From: an uncultured delta proteobacterium
GTDB taxonomy: Bacteria; Desulfobacterota; Binatia; Binatales; Binataceae
DNA: 64,000 nucleotides
Assembly (NCBI GenBank): GCA_963808235.1
Contig: CAWEEQ010000001.1
Coordinates: 316,625-380,624 of the forward strand
Direction: 5' to 3'
Shown piece by piece: positions 37,969 through 47,194 of this stretch; the first letter of the stretch is position 1; every line of letters starts with the position of its first letter. The notes beneath the pieces are model-generated. The model made no database searches. It was not told the origin of the DNA and worked only from the letters and a program-made list of their open reading frames with translations. The position numbers were made by a program, and so were the translations under genes.

Positions 37969-38967
37969 TTAGGCGGCTGAGGCCATCTGCATTACGCCTA
38001 GCTGCTGGTACCACGACTCGGTGCGGTCGTTGATCAGGTCGATTTGGCGCAGGCATGGGATGATCGTGTCGACGAACAGGAATGAGTTGAACTGCTTTTC
38101 CATGTCATTTTCTGCCGCTGCCCACGCCGGGTTGCGATGCATCTCGTCTTCGATGTCCCTGATCGAGATACCTACCTCATCGAACACCTGGATGCCGGAA
38201 AGGAAACCATCCTTGGGCTGGCCGTCGACGACCTTCGTCACCATCATGTCGCAGGCGGCAAACGCGAAGTCCTCGAGGTCCTTCTTGTCCTTGCCCTTCA
38301 GCTTGGCGCATGCGTCGCGCAGCGCGAGCATCCCGAATCCGACATGTCGCGCCTCGTCCTTCATGATGTACTCAAGCAGTTCCTTGAGCAGCTCGTCCTT
38401 GGTCTCGCGCTGCATGAAGCGGAACGCCGCGATTGCGAGGCCCTCGGCGACGATCTGCATCCCGACGTATTTGGGCTCCCATCGATCGTTCTCCATGATC
38501 CCGCGCAGCAGGCGTTCCAGCGTGGGATCGATCGGGTAGATGCGATCGAGTTTGGTGATGTACTTGCGGAAGCCTTCGACGTGGCGGGCTTCGTCGAACA
38601 CCTGCGCCGCCGCATTCATCTTGGCGTCGAGGTCGGGGACCGCGTCGACCAGCTGGCCGCATACCATCAGCGCGCCCTGTTCGCCATGCAGGAACTGCGA
38701 GAGTCGCCACGCTGCGAACTTGCGCCCGAGTTGAAGCTTGTTTTCCTCGCTGAGCGATCGATAAAGCTCGGTCTGAAACATCGGCATCATCGACATGTCC
38801 AGGACTTCCTTTTCGATCGGGCGGTCCCAGTTAATCGTAGTCGAGACGTTCCACTGATCGCGCTTGGCGTTCTCGTAGAGCTTGTCCATCTGGGGGAACT
38901 TCACGCTGTAGTCCCAATGGAAAATGCTTTCGAGGGGGGTGTTTACGACGGTGCGTTCGTGACTCAT
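37969..38967 (-). CDS. Ferritin-like diiron protein (AurF/desaturase-like fold)
   Basis: Diiron ligand pattern GEQG...DEARH...EGLA...DEARH. Confidence 0.85.
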   Translation of the reverse strand: MSHERTVVNTPLESIFHWDYSVKFPQMDKLYENAKRDQWNVSTTINWDRPIEKEVLDMSMMPMFQTELYRSLSEENKLQLGRKFAAWRLSQFLHGEQGALMVCGQLVDAVPDLDAKMNAAAQVFDEARHVEGFRKYITKLDRIYPIDPTLERLLRGIMENDRWEPKYVGMQIVAEGLAIAAFRFMQRETKDELLKELLEYIMKDEARHVGFGMLALRDACAKLKGKDKKDLEDFAFAACDMMVTKVVDGQPKDGFLSGIQVFDEVGISIRDIEDEMHRNPAWAAAENDMEKQFNSFLFVDTIIPCLRQIDLINDRTESWYQQLGVMQMASAA

Positions 38968-39001
38968 GAGTGCGAATCCTCCAGATTCAAATTTTCACTT
39001 T

Positions 39002-39613
39002 TCACTTGGTGCCGAGCCGTGCCGCGCGCTCGAGTCCGCCCAAGGCAAAATTTACAGTGATGTTTTTCAGTTCCGCGTGAGAGAGGCCGCCGCTCGCGAG
39101 CAGCCATGAGATTGTTTGGGAAAGCATCCCGACCGTGAGATGCGCGATCGCGTCGGCGTGTTCGCCGACAGCGGGAGCGAGGTCGTCGCGCAAGTCGCCG
39201 ATGAAAATCTCGTGAACGCGAACCATCAGATCGAGAAAAGCCGGGCTGTGACCGAAAACGATCCGGAACAGTTCCGGCGCTTCGGCGGCCGCGTCGAGGA
39301 TCGTGTCGATCGTGATCTTGAGTTTCTCGGCGGGGGTGTGAACGCCTGACTTGGCCTCGGCAAGCACGCGCCTGAGTTCGCCAGCGCCATGCTCGATCAG
39401 TTCGATAAAGATTTCGTTCTTGGTTTTGAAGTGAAGATAGAAAGTGCCGAGCCCGACGTCGGCCTCGGTCGCGATATCGGCGATTCGCGTCTGATGGTAG
39501 CCCTTGCTCGAGATGACGCGCTCGGCAGCCTGGATCAGATCCAGACGCGTCTTCTCGCGCCGTCGATCGAAGCGATTTGGAACCTCGTTAATTTGTCGCG
39601 CAGTCTCTGCCAC
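39002..39613 (-). CDS. TetR/AcrR family regulator
   Basis: HTH motif IADIATEADVGLGTFYLHFKTK. Confidence 0.93.
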   Translation of the reverse strand: MAETARQINEVPNRFDRRREKTRLDLIQAAERVISSKGYHQTRIADIATEADVGLGTFYLHFKTKNEIFIELIEHGAGELRRVLAEAKSGVHTPAEKLKITIDTILDAAAEAPELFRIVFGHSPAFLDLMVRVHEIFIGDLRDDLAPAVGEHADAIAHLTVGMLSQTISWLLASGGLSHAELKNITVNFALGGLERAARLGTK

Positions 39614-39634
39614 GACGATATTTCTAAGCGATTA

Positions 39635-39684
39635 TGAATCATGTGTCAATTACGATCTGAACTTCATAACTGAATATATATTCA
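39635..39684. promoter_or_regulatory. Candidate TetR operators
   Basis: Perfect palindrome TGAATATATATTCA (39671-39684) and the related TGAATCATGTGTCA (39635-39648) in the AT-rich region upstream of tetR. Confidence 0.6.
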
Positions 39685-39755
39685 ATGATGAAGCCGGTCT
39701 CTCACTATGAAGATCCCTAAATTCATTGGGAAAATCGAAAGAGAAACAGGAATCG

Positions 39756-40553
39756 CTAGGGTTGAGGAGCGTTAGGATCGACAGCGTTTGGTGGAGGGCC
39801 TGACGCCGCAGGGGCGCCATTTTCGTCCGGAGGCTCATCGGTAGGAGCGTTCTCGGTTCCAGCGTCAACGCTTGGCTCGGGCAGAACGACTGGTTCGGGG
39901 AATTCGGCGGCGAGATTGCAGCAGAGCAGGTAGCTGCTACCGGCGCGCGGCTGTGCGTTGTAGGCCTGCAAAGAACCGTCGGCGAGCACCTTCACGGCCT
40001 GGTAGCTGGTGGAGCCCGACTGTCGCTCGATCTGGAAGACGTAGTATGAGCCGCGATCGAGCGGCTCGGGCGGCCCCTCTTCCGGAATCACTTGCGTGAA
40101 ATGGGTCGGCACCTTCGAATATTCGATACTCTTGACCGCGTATTTGGCCGCCCCGACGCCGGTGATGGAGCCGAAAGTGCTTTCGTCGGCCTTGAACTCC
40201 CAAATCGGAACACCGCCGTCGAATCGCACCACAGAGTCGGTATGCGCCGCGTCGCGCGGATGGTTGGCAATCACTTCGGCGCCGAAGAACTTGATCACGG
40301 TCGCGCGCACGAGTGCGTCACCGGGACGCTTGTAGCTGACCGCGACATTGGCGACCGGCGGAGGCAGCGGCTCGCCCTGGTCGGTATCGTCGCTGAGATC
40401 GGTGTCGTCGCCCGAACCCCATAGCGACTTGACCTGCTCGGTGACAGACGCGCATCCGTGAACGCCGAGCGCGATCGCCATCACCAGCACGATCGGCGCG
40501 AGGAGCCGTCGCCGTTCACGCGCCTTCGCGGAATCGGGAATTCTCATCGCCAT
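39756..40553 (-). CDS. Hypothetical lipoprotein
   Basis: Basic N-terminus, hydrophobic stretch and VHGC lipobox; acidic/Pro-rich tail. Confidence 0.7.
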   Translation of the reverse strand: MAMRIPDSAKARERRRLLAPIVLVMAIALGVHGCASVTEQVKSLWGSGDDTDLSDDTDQGEPLPPPVANVAVSYKRPGDALVRATVIKFFGAEVIANHPRDAAHTDSVVRFDGGVPIWEFKADESTFGSITGVGAAKYAVKSIEYSKVPTHFTQVIPEEGPPEPLDRGSYYVFQIERQSGSTSYQAVKVLADGSLQAYNAQPRAGSSYLLCCNLAAEFPEPVVLPEPSVDAGTENAPTDEPPDENGAPAASGPPPNAVDPNAPQP

Positions 40554-40628
40554 CGCGATACTCGCGCGCAACCGGAAATCGTAATCGCTTTGTATATGGG
40601 CGTCTCTATCAAGTAGTCTCTGCGGCCT

Positions 40629-41999
40629 GTGGCAAATCGGGATTTGAGCGAAAAGATCGGCCTTCGTCCCCTGCTAATCTACGCGCAGGCGCAGACTGGC
40701 CTCAACCTGTGCCTGACACTGCTCGGACTTCATCTTCTTTATTTCTATACCGATCGCAAGGGGCTCTCTCCATCGCTGGCCGGGCTTGCATTTTTTCTGG
40801 CGCTGGTGATCGACGCGCTGACCGACCCGCTGGTCGGGAATATTTCCGATCGCGCGCGTTTCAAATCGGGCCGGCGGCGGCCGTTTTTCATCGCCGCGAT
40901 CCCGATGGCGCTTTGCTACTACCTGCTGCTGTCGCCGCCGGATCTCGGCGCGGGACTGTTCGCATGGTTTTTGGGCTTCTACTTCCTGATGCTCACGTCG
41001 CGAAAATTTTACGAGACCGCGTACGGCGCGCTGATGCCGGAACTGACCCTCGACTACGACGAGCGGACCAAACTATCCACTTTCCGCCAGCTGCTGGGCA
41101 CGGTCGGCGATATCAGCGGAGCGCTGCTGCCATTTGCGGCGTCGTACCTGTTCGCGCGCGGCCTCGATTTCAAAATCACCGGCGCGATCTGTGGGCTCGT
41201 CGTCGCCGGCGGCGCGATGATCGCGTATGCGGGCCTGCGCGAACGATCTGAATTTTCCACCCGCGAGCGCTCCAAGCTGCTCGAATCGCTCAAATCGGTC
41301 GCGGGCAACCGGCCATTCGTCATTCTGCTGATCGCCACCACGCTGGCCATCATGGCCATCAATATCCCGACCGTGCTGCTGCGCTTCCTGGCCAAGTACT
41401 GGTATCACGACGAGAACGCGGCGGCGCGATGGTTGATTGCGTACTTCGCCGGATCGGCGATCTCATATCCGTTCTGGTTCAGGATCACGGTCAGGATTGA
41501 AAAGAAGCCGGCCTTCGTGGTTGCGATGATCTGCAATGCGGTCGGCTCGATCCTGTTCATGCTGATGACCCCGCAGAGCAGTTTTGGACTTTATTTTCTG
41601 ATGGCGTTCAGCGGATTCTCGGCAATCGGAATCTGGGTTACGCAAATGTCGGCGGCGGCGGACGTGATCGAGTGGGACGAGGAGCGTACCGGCCAGCGCC
41701 AGGAGGGCGCATACGGCGGAATCACCTCGATGTCGATCAAGATGGCGACCGCGGTCTCGTTGCTATTGGTCGGGCCGGTGCTGAATTGGGTTGGCTACAA
41801 GCCCGGCGGAGCGATCACGCAGCAGGCGGGCGAAAATCTGCGCATGCTTTTCGCGCTCGGCCCCGCGTCGATCTACCTGATGAGTGCACTAGTCTTCTCG
41901 CGCTACCCGATCACTCGCGAAAGCCATCGCGCGATGCGCGATCGGCTGGCCGCGCGCAGCGCCGCCGAAGAAGAAGAGAAAGCAAAGTCGATCGCTTAG
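40629..41999 (+). CDS. MFS transporter, GPH/MelB-like family
   Basis: DALTDPLVGNISDR...GRRRPF, ELTLDYDERT and ADVIEWDEERTGQRQEG motifs. Confidence 0.92.
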   Translation: MANRDLSEKIGLRPLLIYAQAQTGLNLCLTLLGLHLLYFYTDRKGLSPSLAGLAFFLALVIDALTDPLVGNISDRARFKSGRRRPFFIAAIPMALCYYLLLSPPDLGAGLFAWFLGFYFLMLTSRKFYETAYGALMPELTLDYDERTKLSTFRQLLGTVGDISGALLPFAASYLFARGLDFKITGAICGLVVAGGAMIAYAGLRERSEFSTRERSKLLESLKSVAGNRPFVILLIATTLAIMAINIPTVLLRFLAKYWYHDENAAARWLIAYFAGSAISYPFWFRITVRIEKKPAFVVAMICNAVGSILFMLMTPQSSFGLYFLMAFSGFSAIGIWVTQMSAAADVIEWDEERTGQRQEGAYGGITSMSIKMATAVSLLLVGPVLNWVGYKPGGAITQQAGENLRMLFALGPASIYLMSALVFSRYPITRESHRAMRDRLAARSAAEEEEKAKSIA

Positions 42000-42016
42000 C
42001 AGGCAGCTTCGATCGA

Positions 42017-42865
42017 TCAGAGCAGCGATCTTTGGCCACCAGGAGCGATCTTCTTGATGTTCTTCCAAATGGTTAGTCCGGCTCGATCATGAGAAAAGTA
42101 CAGCAAATGGTACATTTGTGCGTTTTTCGTATTCGTGAAAGGAAGAACCTCGTCATCCTGAAATTCAAATCCAGCATTCCCGACCTTCTTTCGGAACGCT
42201 GACACGAACGATTGTATTACCTTTTCGGCTGGTTCTTCAGAAAATTTACCCGCCGCCTCTTTCGCCGCCGGGAGATCACGCCAATCAGTTCCTCCCCACC
42301 ACCTATCCAAACGGCTTTTCGCAACAGAAAGTGCACTTGGCAAATTACGGCGAACGCCGATTCCGCTCGCGAAGAGATACAGCAAGTCGACTCTCTTTTT
42401 TGCCAGTTTCGCCAAGGTCGCGAAATCAACCTCGAAACCCTCGGGGTCAATGAACGCGAGGGCCAGCGTGCGACTCGAGATTTTTTTCAAGACCTCGTCA
42501 ACTAGGATGTTGCAGTCGCCTCTACTGAATGTCACGCGATCGGCATCGTGGGCAGAAACCCTTCTCTTAAGGGCGGCTATGTTTTCGGGACTCCGATCCG
42601 AGAAGTAAAGGTGATCAAAGGCCGGTTTGATCTTCAATGCGATTAAGGGCGAGCCGTCGAATTCCTCTTTCGTCTCGCTAACAATGCTAAGTCCAGGTCC
42701 GGATAGCAGGTCGATATATTCAAGGCGATCCCACTTTCCTTGCGAACGCTTCGGCGCCATCGCCGTCATAAATGCTTGCGCGTACTTCTGCAGGTATCTG
42801 AGTTTTTCGCGAGTCCAAATCCTTGCCGGACGCGCGAGCAGTCCATCACTTGCAAGAAGTTTCAC
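42017..42865 (-). CDS. tcmP: Three-Cys-motif partner protein (SAM-dependent methyltransferase-like fold)
   Basis: WT.EKL..L..Y, YIDLLSGPG, GSPLIAL, GDCN and AFIDPEG motifs. GTG start at 42865 overlaps the DUF5131 stop (GTGA). Confidence 0.85.
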   Translation of the reverse strand: MKLLASDGLLARPARIWTREKLRYLQKYAQAFMTAMAPKRSQGKWDRLEYIDLLSGPGLSIVSETKEEFDGSPLIALKIKPAFDHLYFSDRSPENIAALKRRVSAHDADRVTFSRGDCNILVDEVLKKISSRTLALAFIDPEGFEVDFATLAKLAKKRVDLLYLFASGIGVRRNLPSALSVAKSRLDRWWGGTDWRDLPAAKEAAGKFSEEPAEKVIQSFVSAFRKKVGNAGFEFQDDEVLPFTNTKNAQMYHLLYFSHDRAGLTIWKNIKKIAPGGQRSLL

Positions 42866-43623
42866 GGAGCGGTGTAGGACACGGCTGGATTGTAGGCCGA
42901 AGACTTGGGCATTCCGTTCCATTCTCGGCCGTGCAGCATGCGACCGAGTTGCTTAGGACTGCGTCCTCCCCATTGTTTGAAGAAGAACGGTACTCGCGCC
43001 TCAAGACACTGATCACGAATTCTCTCAACCCAAGCAGCTGACATGCTTCGGAAATGGGGGCCGCTTTCGCCGCCTACGATTACCCAATCGATTCTCGACA
43101 GATTGATCTCACCGATATCTTCCAGGAGCGGCTCGATGGACAAGAACCGGAGACGAGCGTTTGTCGATCGGAGCGAGTGGATTCTTGGTAGGCCGTGTTC
43201 TCGGTCTTCTACGCTCACGCCCCACCAAACGTTCGAAAGTGAACCCATCCACTGGAGTTCGCCGTTCAACAATGACAGGAGTCGTTCGTGGCGTTTCGTC
43301 AGAACTTGAAACGTATGCCACTCCGCGGCCTGCATGATGCGGCCAACCCGGGCTATGAATTTTGTCGGTACGCGATCATGGAACAGATCGCTCATTGAAT
43401 TTACGAAAATCCTGCGAGGCGAACGCCATCGAAGCGGTTGGTCCAGCTTCTCGGGCACCAGCCGGATGTCGAAGCCCTGTTCGAATGGATGTCCCGGGAC
43501 GCCGCGGAATCGTTCGGCGAATCTCTCCGCGTAACAGTGCTTGCAACCTGGGCTTATCTTGCTACAGCCGCGCACCGGGTTCCACGTGGCGTCAGTCCAC
43601 TCGATAGCACTTCGATCACTCAC
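42862..43623 (-). CDS. DUF5131 / phage Gp37-Gp68 family protein (three-Cys motif)
   Basis: SAIEWTDATWNP, C-x6-C-x2-C (GCSKISPGCKHCYA), FVNSMSDLFH, LTKR, SIEPLL, GGESG and FFKQWGG motifs. Confidence 0.93.
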   Translation of the reverse strand: MSDRSAIEWTDATWNPVRGCSKISPGCKHCYAERFAERFRGVPGHPFEQGFDIRLVPEKLDQPLRWRSPRRIFVNSMSDLFHDRVPTKFIARVGRIMQAAEWHTFQVLTKRHERLLSLLNGELQWMGSLSNVWWGVSVEDREHGLPRIHSLRSTNARLRFLSIEPLLEDIGEINLSRIDWVIVGGESGPHFRSMSAAWVERIRDQCLEARVPFFFKQWGGRSPKQLGRMLHGREWNGMPKSSAYNPAVSYTAP

Positions 43624-43647
43624 GGTGCTCTCCCCCACTCATAGGCG

Positions 43648-43677
43648 AATATAAAGCGAAAATGAACGGTCGGTCAA
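43648..43677 (-). promoter_or_regulatory. Sigma70-like promoter of the DUF5131-tcmP cassette
   Basis: Minus strand TTGACC-N18-TATATT, overlapped by the imperfect palindrome TGAACGGTCGGTCA (43663-43676). Confidence 0.55.
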
Positions 43678-43691
43678 CAGGAGCCCGTTCC

Positions 43692-43728
43692 GAAACAGAA
43701 GAGCCGCATTCGCATTGCGGCTCTTCTG
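43692..43728 (-). terminator. Intrinsic terminator after the acyl-CoA dehydrogenase gene
   Basis: 13-bp stem CAGAAGAGCCGCA/TGCGGCTCTTCTG followed by TTTC on the minus strand. Confidence 0.7.
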
Positions 43729-43754
43729 CTCTCCAATTCAATTCGCAGAGCGTG

Positions 43755-44882
43755 CTACCCGAGCAGAGACTTCGCCACTGTCTCGCGGTGCACTGGGGCG
43801 TTGCCGAAGTTTGCTTCGCCGGCCAGCGCGCGGCGATGGTACAGATGCATGTCGTGCTCCCAGGTGAAGCCGATTCCGCCGTGCACCTGGATCGCTTCGG
43901 AGGTTACGTTCTTCGCCATGTCGGACGCGTATGCCTTCGCCATCGGAACCGCTGTCGCGGCCTCGGCGCCCTTGGTGTCGACGGTCCAGCAGGCGTAGTA
44001 GGTCAGCGAGCGCGAATTCTCGACCGCGACCATCATGTCGACGCACTTGTGCTTGACGGCCTGGAACGATCCGATCGGCTTGCCGAACTGCACGCGCGTC
44101 TTCGCGTATTCGACTGACATGTCGAGCGCGCGCTGCGCGGTTCCGACCATCTCGGCGGCGAGACCTGCGGTCGCGATGTCGAGCGTGCGGCGCAGGATCG
44201 GCCATCCCTCGCCTTCTTTGCCGACAACTTCAGAGGTCTTCACATTGTCGAACTTCACGTGGCATAGCCGCCGCGTCATGTCGACGGTCTTCAGTTGAGT
44301 GATTGTGATGCCCTTCGCGTTCGCGGGCATCGCCACGATGGTGATTCCCTTCTCGCCGCTGCCACCGGTGCGGACCGCGACCGCCATTCCGTTGGCGACG
44401 TGCGCATCGGGCACGAAAAACTTCTCGCCGGTAATCGTATACTCGTTGCCGCTCTTGGTCGCCTTGAGCTGGATTCCCTCGGCGTCGAATCGTCCCGCGG
44501 CCTCGGCGATCGCAACGGTACCGATAAATTCGCCCTTGGCCATCCGCGGCAGCAGATCTTTCTTTTGCTGGTCCGAGCCGCCTTCAATCAGCAGCGGCGC
44601 CGCGAGCAGCGCCGAGGTGAAGAATGGTCCCGGCACGAGTGCCTTGCCGGCTTCCTCGACGACCACCGTCATGTCGAGAAAGCTGCCGCCTTGGCCGCCG
44701 TAGCTCTCCGGGATCAGCAATCCGGGCCATCCGAGATCGACCAGCTTTTTCCAGAAAGCAGGATCGTGAGCGGTCGCGTCCGCCATCATCTGGCGCACAA
44801 ACTTGGTCGGGCAATTGTCGGCCAGAAAGCGCTTGGCCGCGTCCCGAAGCATCTCTTGTTCTTCAGAAAATCCGAAATCCAA
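43755..44882 (-). CDS. Acyl-CoA dehydrogenase (resembles the beta subunit of heterotetrameric ACADs)
   Basis: (L)DFGFSEEQEML start (TTG, GGAGG RBS), RVQFGKPIGSFQAVKH and QVHGGIGFTWEHD motifs. Confidence 0.92.
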   Translation of the reverse strand: MDFGFSEEQEMLRDAAKRFLADNCPTKFVRQMMADATAHDPAFWKKLVDLGWPGLLIPESYGGQGGSFLDMTVVVEEAGKALVPGPFFTSALLAAPLLIEGGSDQQKKDLLPRMAKGEFIGTVAIAEAAGRFDAEGIQLKATKSGNEYTITGEKFFVPDAHVANGMAVAVRTGGSGEKGITIVAMPANAKGITITQLKTVDMTRRLCHVKFDNVKTSEVVGKEGEGWPILRRTLDIATAGLAAEMVGTAQRALDMSVEYAKTRVQFGKPIGSFQAVKHKCVDMMVAVENSRSLTYYACWTVDTKGAEAATAVPMAKAYASDMAKNVTSEAIQVHGGIGFTWEHDMHLYHRRALAGEANFGNAPVHRETVAKSLLG

Positions 44883-45069
44883 CTTCGTTCCTCCGTTTTG
44901 TCGATGGGAATCCTGCGGTTTGAACCCGCTTGGATCCATGTTTCAGGTACCACTAAGGCTTTCGCGCGTGCAAGCGGCGCGAAGCTGCCGAGCGGTCTGT
45001 CTGCTCGCTTGATTCGCACGCCGGAACGGCGACAATGGCTGAATCGGAATCCGCAACCGAACAATTAAA

Positions 45070-45873
45070 ATGGAAAATAAAGATCTGTCGAAGCATAAAG
45101 ATCTGGTCCGCGAGGAATTCACTCGACAGGCGCCGGCATATGCAGAGTCGCCGGTGATCAAGGACCAGCTTCATCTGGATAAATTGGTCGAGGCAGTCCG
45201 GCCCGCTCCGGAAGCCCGCGTGCTCGAGATCGCAACTGGCCCCGGCCATGTCGCACTCGCATTCGCGCGGGTATCTCGCGAGGTGGTCGGCGTCGATCTG
45301 ACCGAGGCGCCACTGAAAATCGCGGAGAGAATGCGGGCGGAACGGGGCCTCACCAACGTCCGCTTCCAGATGGGCGACGTCGAGGAGCGGTTGCAGTTCA
45401 GCGACGGTCATTTCGACGTCGTCGTATGCCGATTCGCGATGCATCATTTCGAGCATCCGCGGATTGTCATCGCCGAGATGAGTCGGCTATGCCGGGACGG
45501 AGGAACCGTCGCGGTCGAGGATCTGATCGCGAGTGAGCATCCCGATCGCGCCGAGTATCACAACCGCTTCGAGCGGCTGCGCGACTCGTCGCACACGCGC
45601 GCGCTTGCGCTGAGCGAGTTGGTGCTGATGCTTGCGTCGGCGGGACTCGAGCTGGTGCGGTTCAGCTCCGACGGAATCCCCAATCCGGTCGCGCGATGGT
45701 TCGATAGCGCCAAGACTCCCGCCGACAAGCGCGCGCAAGCACTCGCGATGATCGAGCGGGACATGCTCGAAGATCTCAGCGGTACGAATCCGAGGCGCGT
45801 CGATGGCGAACTGTTTTTCACGCATCGCACCGCAATCCTGGTCTCACGCAAGCTGAAGCCGGCCGCGGTATAA
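45070..45873 (+). CDS. Class I SAM-dependent methyltransferase
   Basis: VLEIATGPG, GVDLT and FDVVVCRFAMHH motifs. Confidence 0.92.
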   Translation: MENKDLSKHKDLVREEFTRQAPAYAESPVIKDQLHLDKLVEAVRPAPEARVLEIATGPGHVALAFARVSREVVGVDLTEAPLKIAERMRAERGLTNVRFQMGDVEERLQFSDGHFDVVVCRFAMHHFEHPRIVIAEMSRLCRDGGTVAVEDLIASEHPDRAEYHNRFERLRDSSHTRALALSELVLMLASAGLELVRFSSDGIPNPVARWFDSAKTPADKRAQALAMIERDMLEDLSGTNPRRVDGELFFTHRTAILVSRKLKPAAV

Positions 45874-45904
45874 GCGTTCCGATGGCGCTCTTCGGCGCGG
45901 AGCC

Positions 45905-45935
45905 TTGACACGCCATAAATACTTGCACATACAAT
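45905..45935 (+). promoter_or_regulatory. marR promoter with degenerate operator
   Basis: TTGACA at 45905. CTTGCACATACAAT (45922-45935) is a variant of CTTGTATATACAAG and ends 5 nt before the ATG. Confidence 0.6.
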
Positions 45936-45940
45936 TGTCT

Positions 45941-46366
45941 ATGACCGAAGTTACCAGAAGAATCGAGCGGGAATGCGTTGGAGGCGGAGTCCGGAAGCTG
46001 AATCGGATGGTCACGGCAATCTATGATGGCGCCCTGGCAGACGCGGGATTGAAAACCAGCCAGTTCAGTGTGCTCGTAGCGGTCTCCAACCGAAAACAGG
46101 TCAGGCCTGCGGAATTGATCAAACTGCTTCAGATGGACGAATCGACGCTAAGCCGCAATGTTGAGCGAATGTGCGCCAGGGGTTGGCTGCGGCTTGAGCC
46201 GGACGAAGACCGCCGAAGCCATCTGATCGAATTGACGGGCAAGGGTCAGGCGTTGCTTCGCAAGTCTCTTCCAGCCTGGCAGCGAGCCCAGGAAGAAGTC
46301 AGTCAGTGCCTGGGAGCGGACAATGTTGCCGCGTTGAGGTCCGCGCTTCGCAATCTGAGCGCCTGA
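45941..46366 (+). CDS. MarR family regulator
   Basis: C...VRKLNR.VTAIYD, QFSVL, MDESTLSRN, DRRS and LTGKG motifs. Confidence 0.93.
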   Translation: MTEVTRRIERECVGGGVRKLNRMVTAIYDGALADAGLKTSQFSVLVAVSNRKQVRPAELIKLLQMDESTLSRNVERMCARGWLRLEPDEDRRSHLIELTGKGQALLRKSLPAWQRAQEEVSQCLGADNVAALRSALRNLSA

Positions 46367-46399
46367 AATTTTTCTTTTGATTGCCGCGAATATGGCGCG

Positions 46400-46921
46400 C
46401 TACCTGTGGAACAGTGCGCGGAGGATCGAGGGCAGGACTTCGGTGTCATGGCGCTCGACGTGCGAGTCGAGCATCGCGACCAGGGCAAGGAGCGTATGCG
46501 CGAAGTCGGCGCGGCCCTGGGCGGTTTGCGCTTCACGATCCGCACCCGACGACGACGCACGCAGAGCAGCCATCAACTTGCCCATCTCTTGCCGTTCGTT
46601 TTTAAGAGTCTCGAACAACGGCGGAGAGATCGCGTGATGCGCCTCGCCCCACTCGAACACCAACTCTTCTTCGATTTGCAGATGCGACCATAGATCGTGG
46701 CGTATCTCGTCCCATAGCTGCTGGGCCCGTTGATTCGCTGCATCGTCGCCGCGATCACTGGCGAGCCTGGTGGCAGCGAAAGCCAACTGCACAACAAGGT
46801 AGTTCAATTTTCTGTGTTCGGCTCCCAGACACGTCACCATGGTATTGATCATCGGAATCTCGAGCTCGGGTAGGGGAGCGCGGCAAATCGTCATCTGAGT
46901 CGTAACCTCCAGAGCTTCCAT
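46400..46921 (-). CDS. Hemerythrin-like (HHE) protein
   Basis: EHRKL, HLQIEEELVF and HVERHDTEVLP motifs. GGAGG RBS. Confidence 0.78.
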   Translation of the reverse strand: MEALEVTTQMTICRAPLPELEIPMINTMVTCLGAEHRKLNYLVVQLAFAATRLASDRGDDAANQRAQQLWDEIRHDLWSHLQIEEELVFEWGEAHHAISPPLFETLKNERQEMGKLMAALRASSSGADREAQTAQGRADFAHTLLALVAMLDSHVERHDTEVLPSILRALFHR

Positions 46922-46952
46922 GTTGTTCGCCTCCAGCAGTTACAGGGGGAAG

Positions 46953-46968
46953 AGCAATCGCGATGCCA
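46953..46968 (-). promoter_or_regulatory. Sigma54-type promoter for the hemerythrin-like gene
   Basis: Minus strand TGGCAT-CGCGA-TTGCT, about 30 nt upstream of the ATG. Confidence 0.7.
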
Positions 46969-47087
46969 CGAATTGGAATCGGCATACTTGAGGAACTGCG
47001 TAGCGCGGGCTGTTCTGCTTCTGCGAATTAATCGCGAAATGCGGGTTGCCGGCCGTTCGACTCGCAAAAAAATTCTCGTGGTCCAAC

Positions 47088-47189
47088 TCTTGTATATACA
47101 AGAATTCACGGCAAAAAGAATGAAAAACATTGTTGAAAATAATGACGAAGGGCAATTCGCGAACGGCCAAAACCGTCGCGATTTGCGAG
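47088..47189 (+). repeat. Duplicated leader, copy 1 (operator palindrome + hairpin)
   Basis: Perfect 16-bp palindrome TCTTGTATATACAAGA, then CAATTCGCGAACGGCCAAAACCGTCGCGATTTGCGAG. Homologous to 50084-50185. Confidence 0.85.
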
Positions 47190-47194
47190 TCAGA

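Noticed and set aside
42017-43623. Prophage, suggested by the Gp37/Gp68 family name
   Set aside because: No integrase, structural or replication genes, and no att repeats seen.
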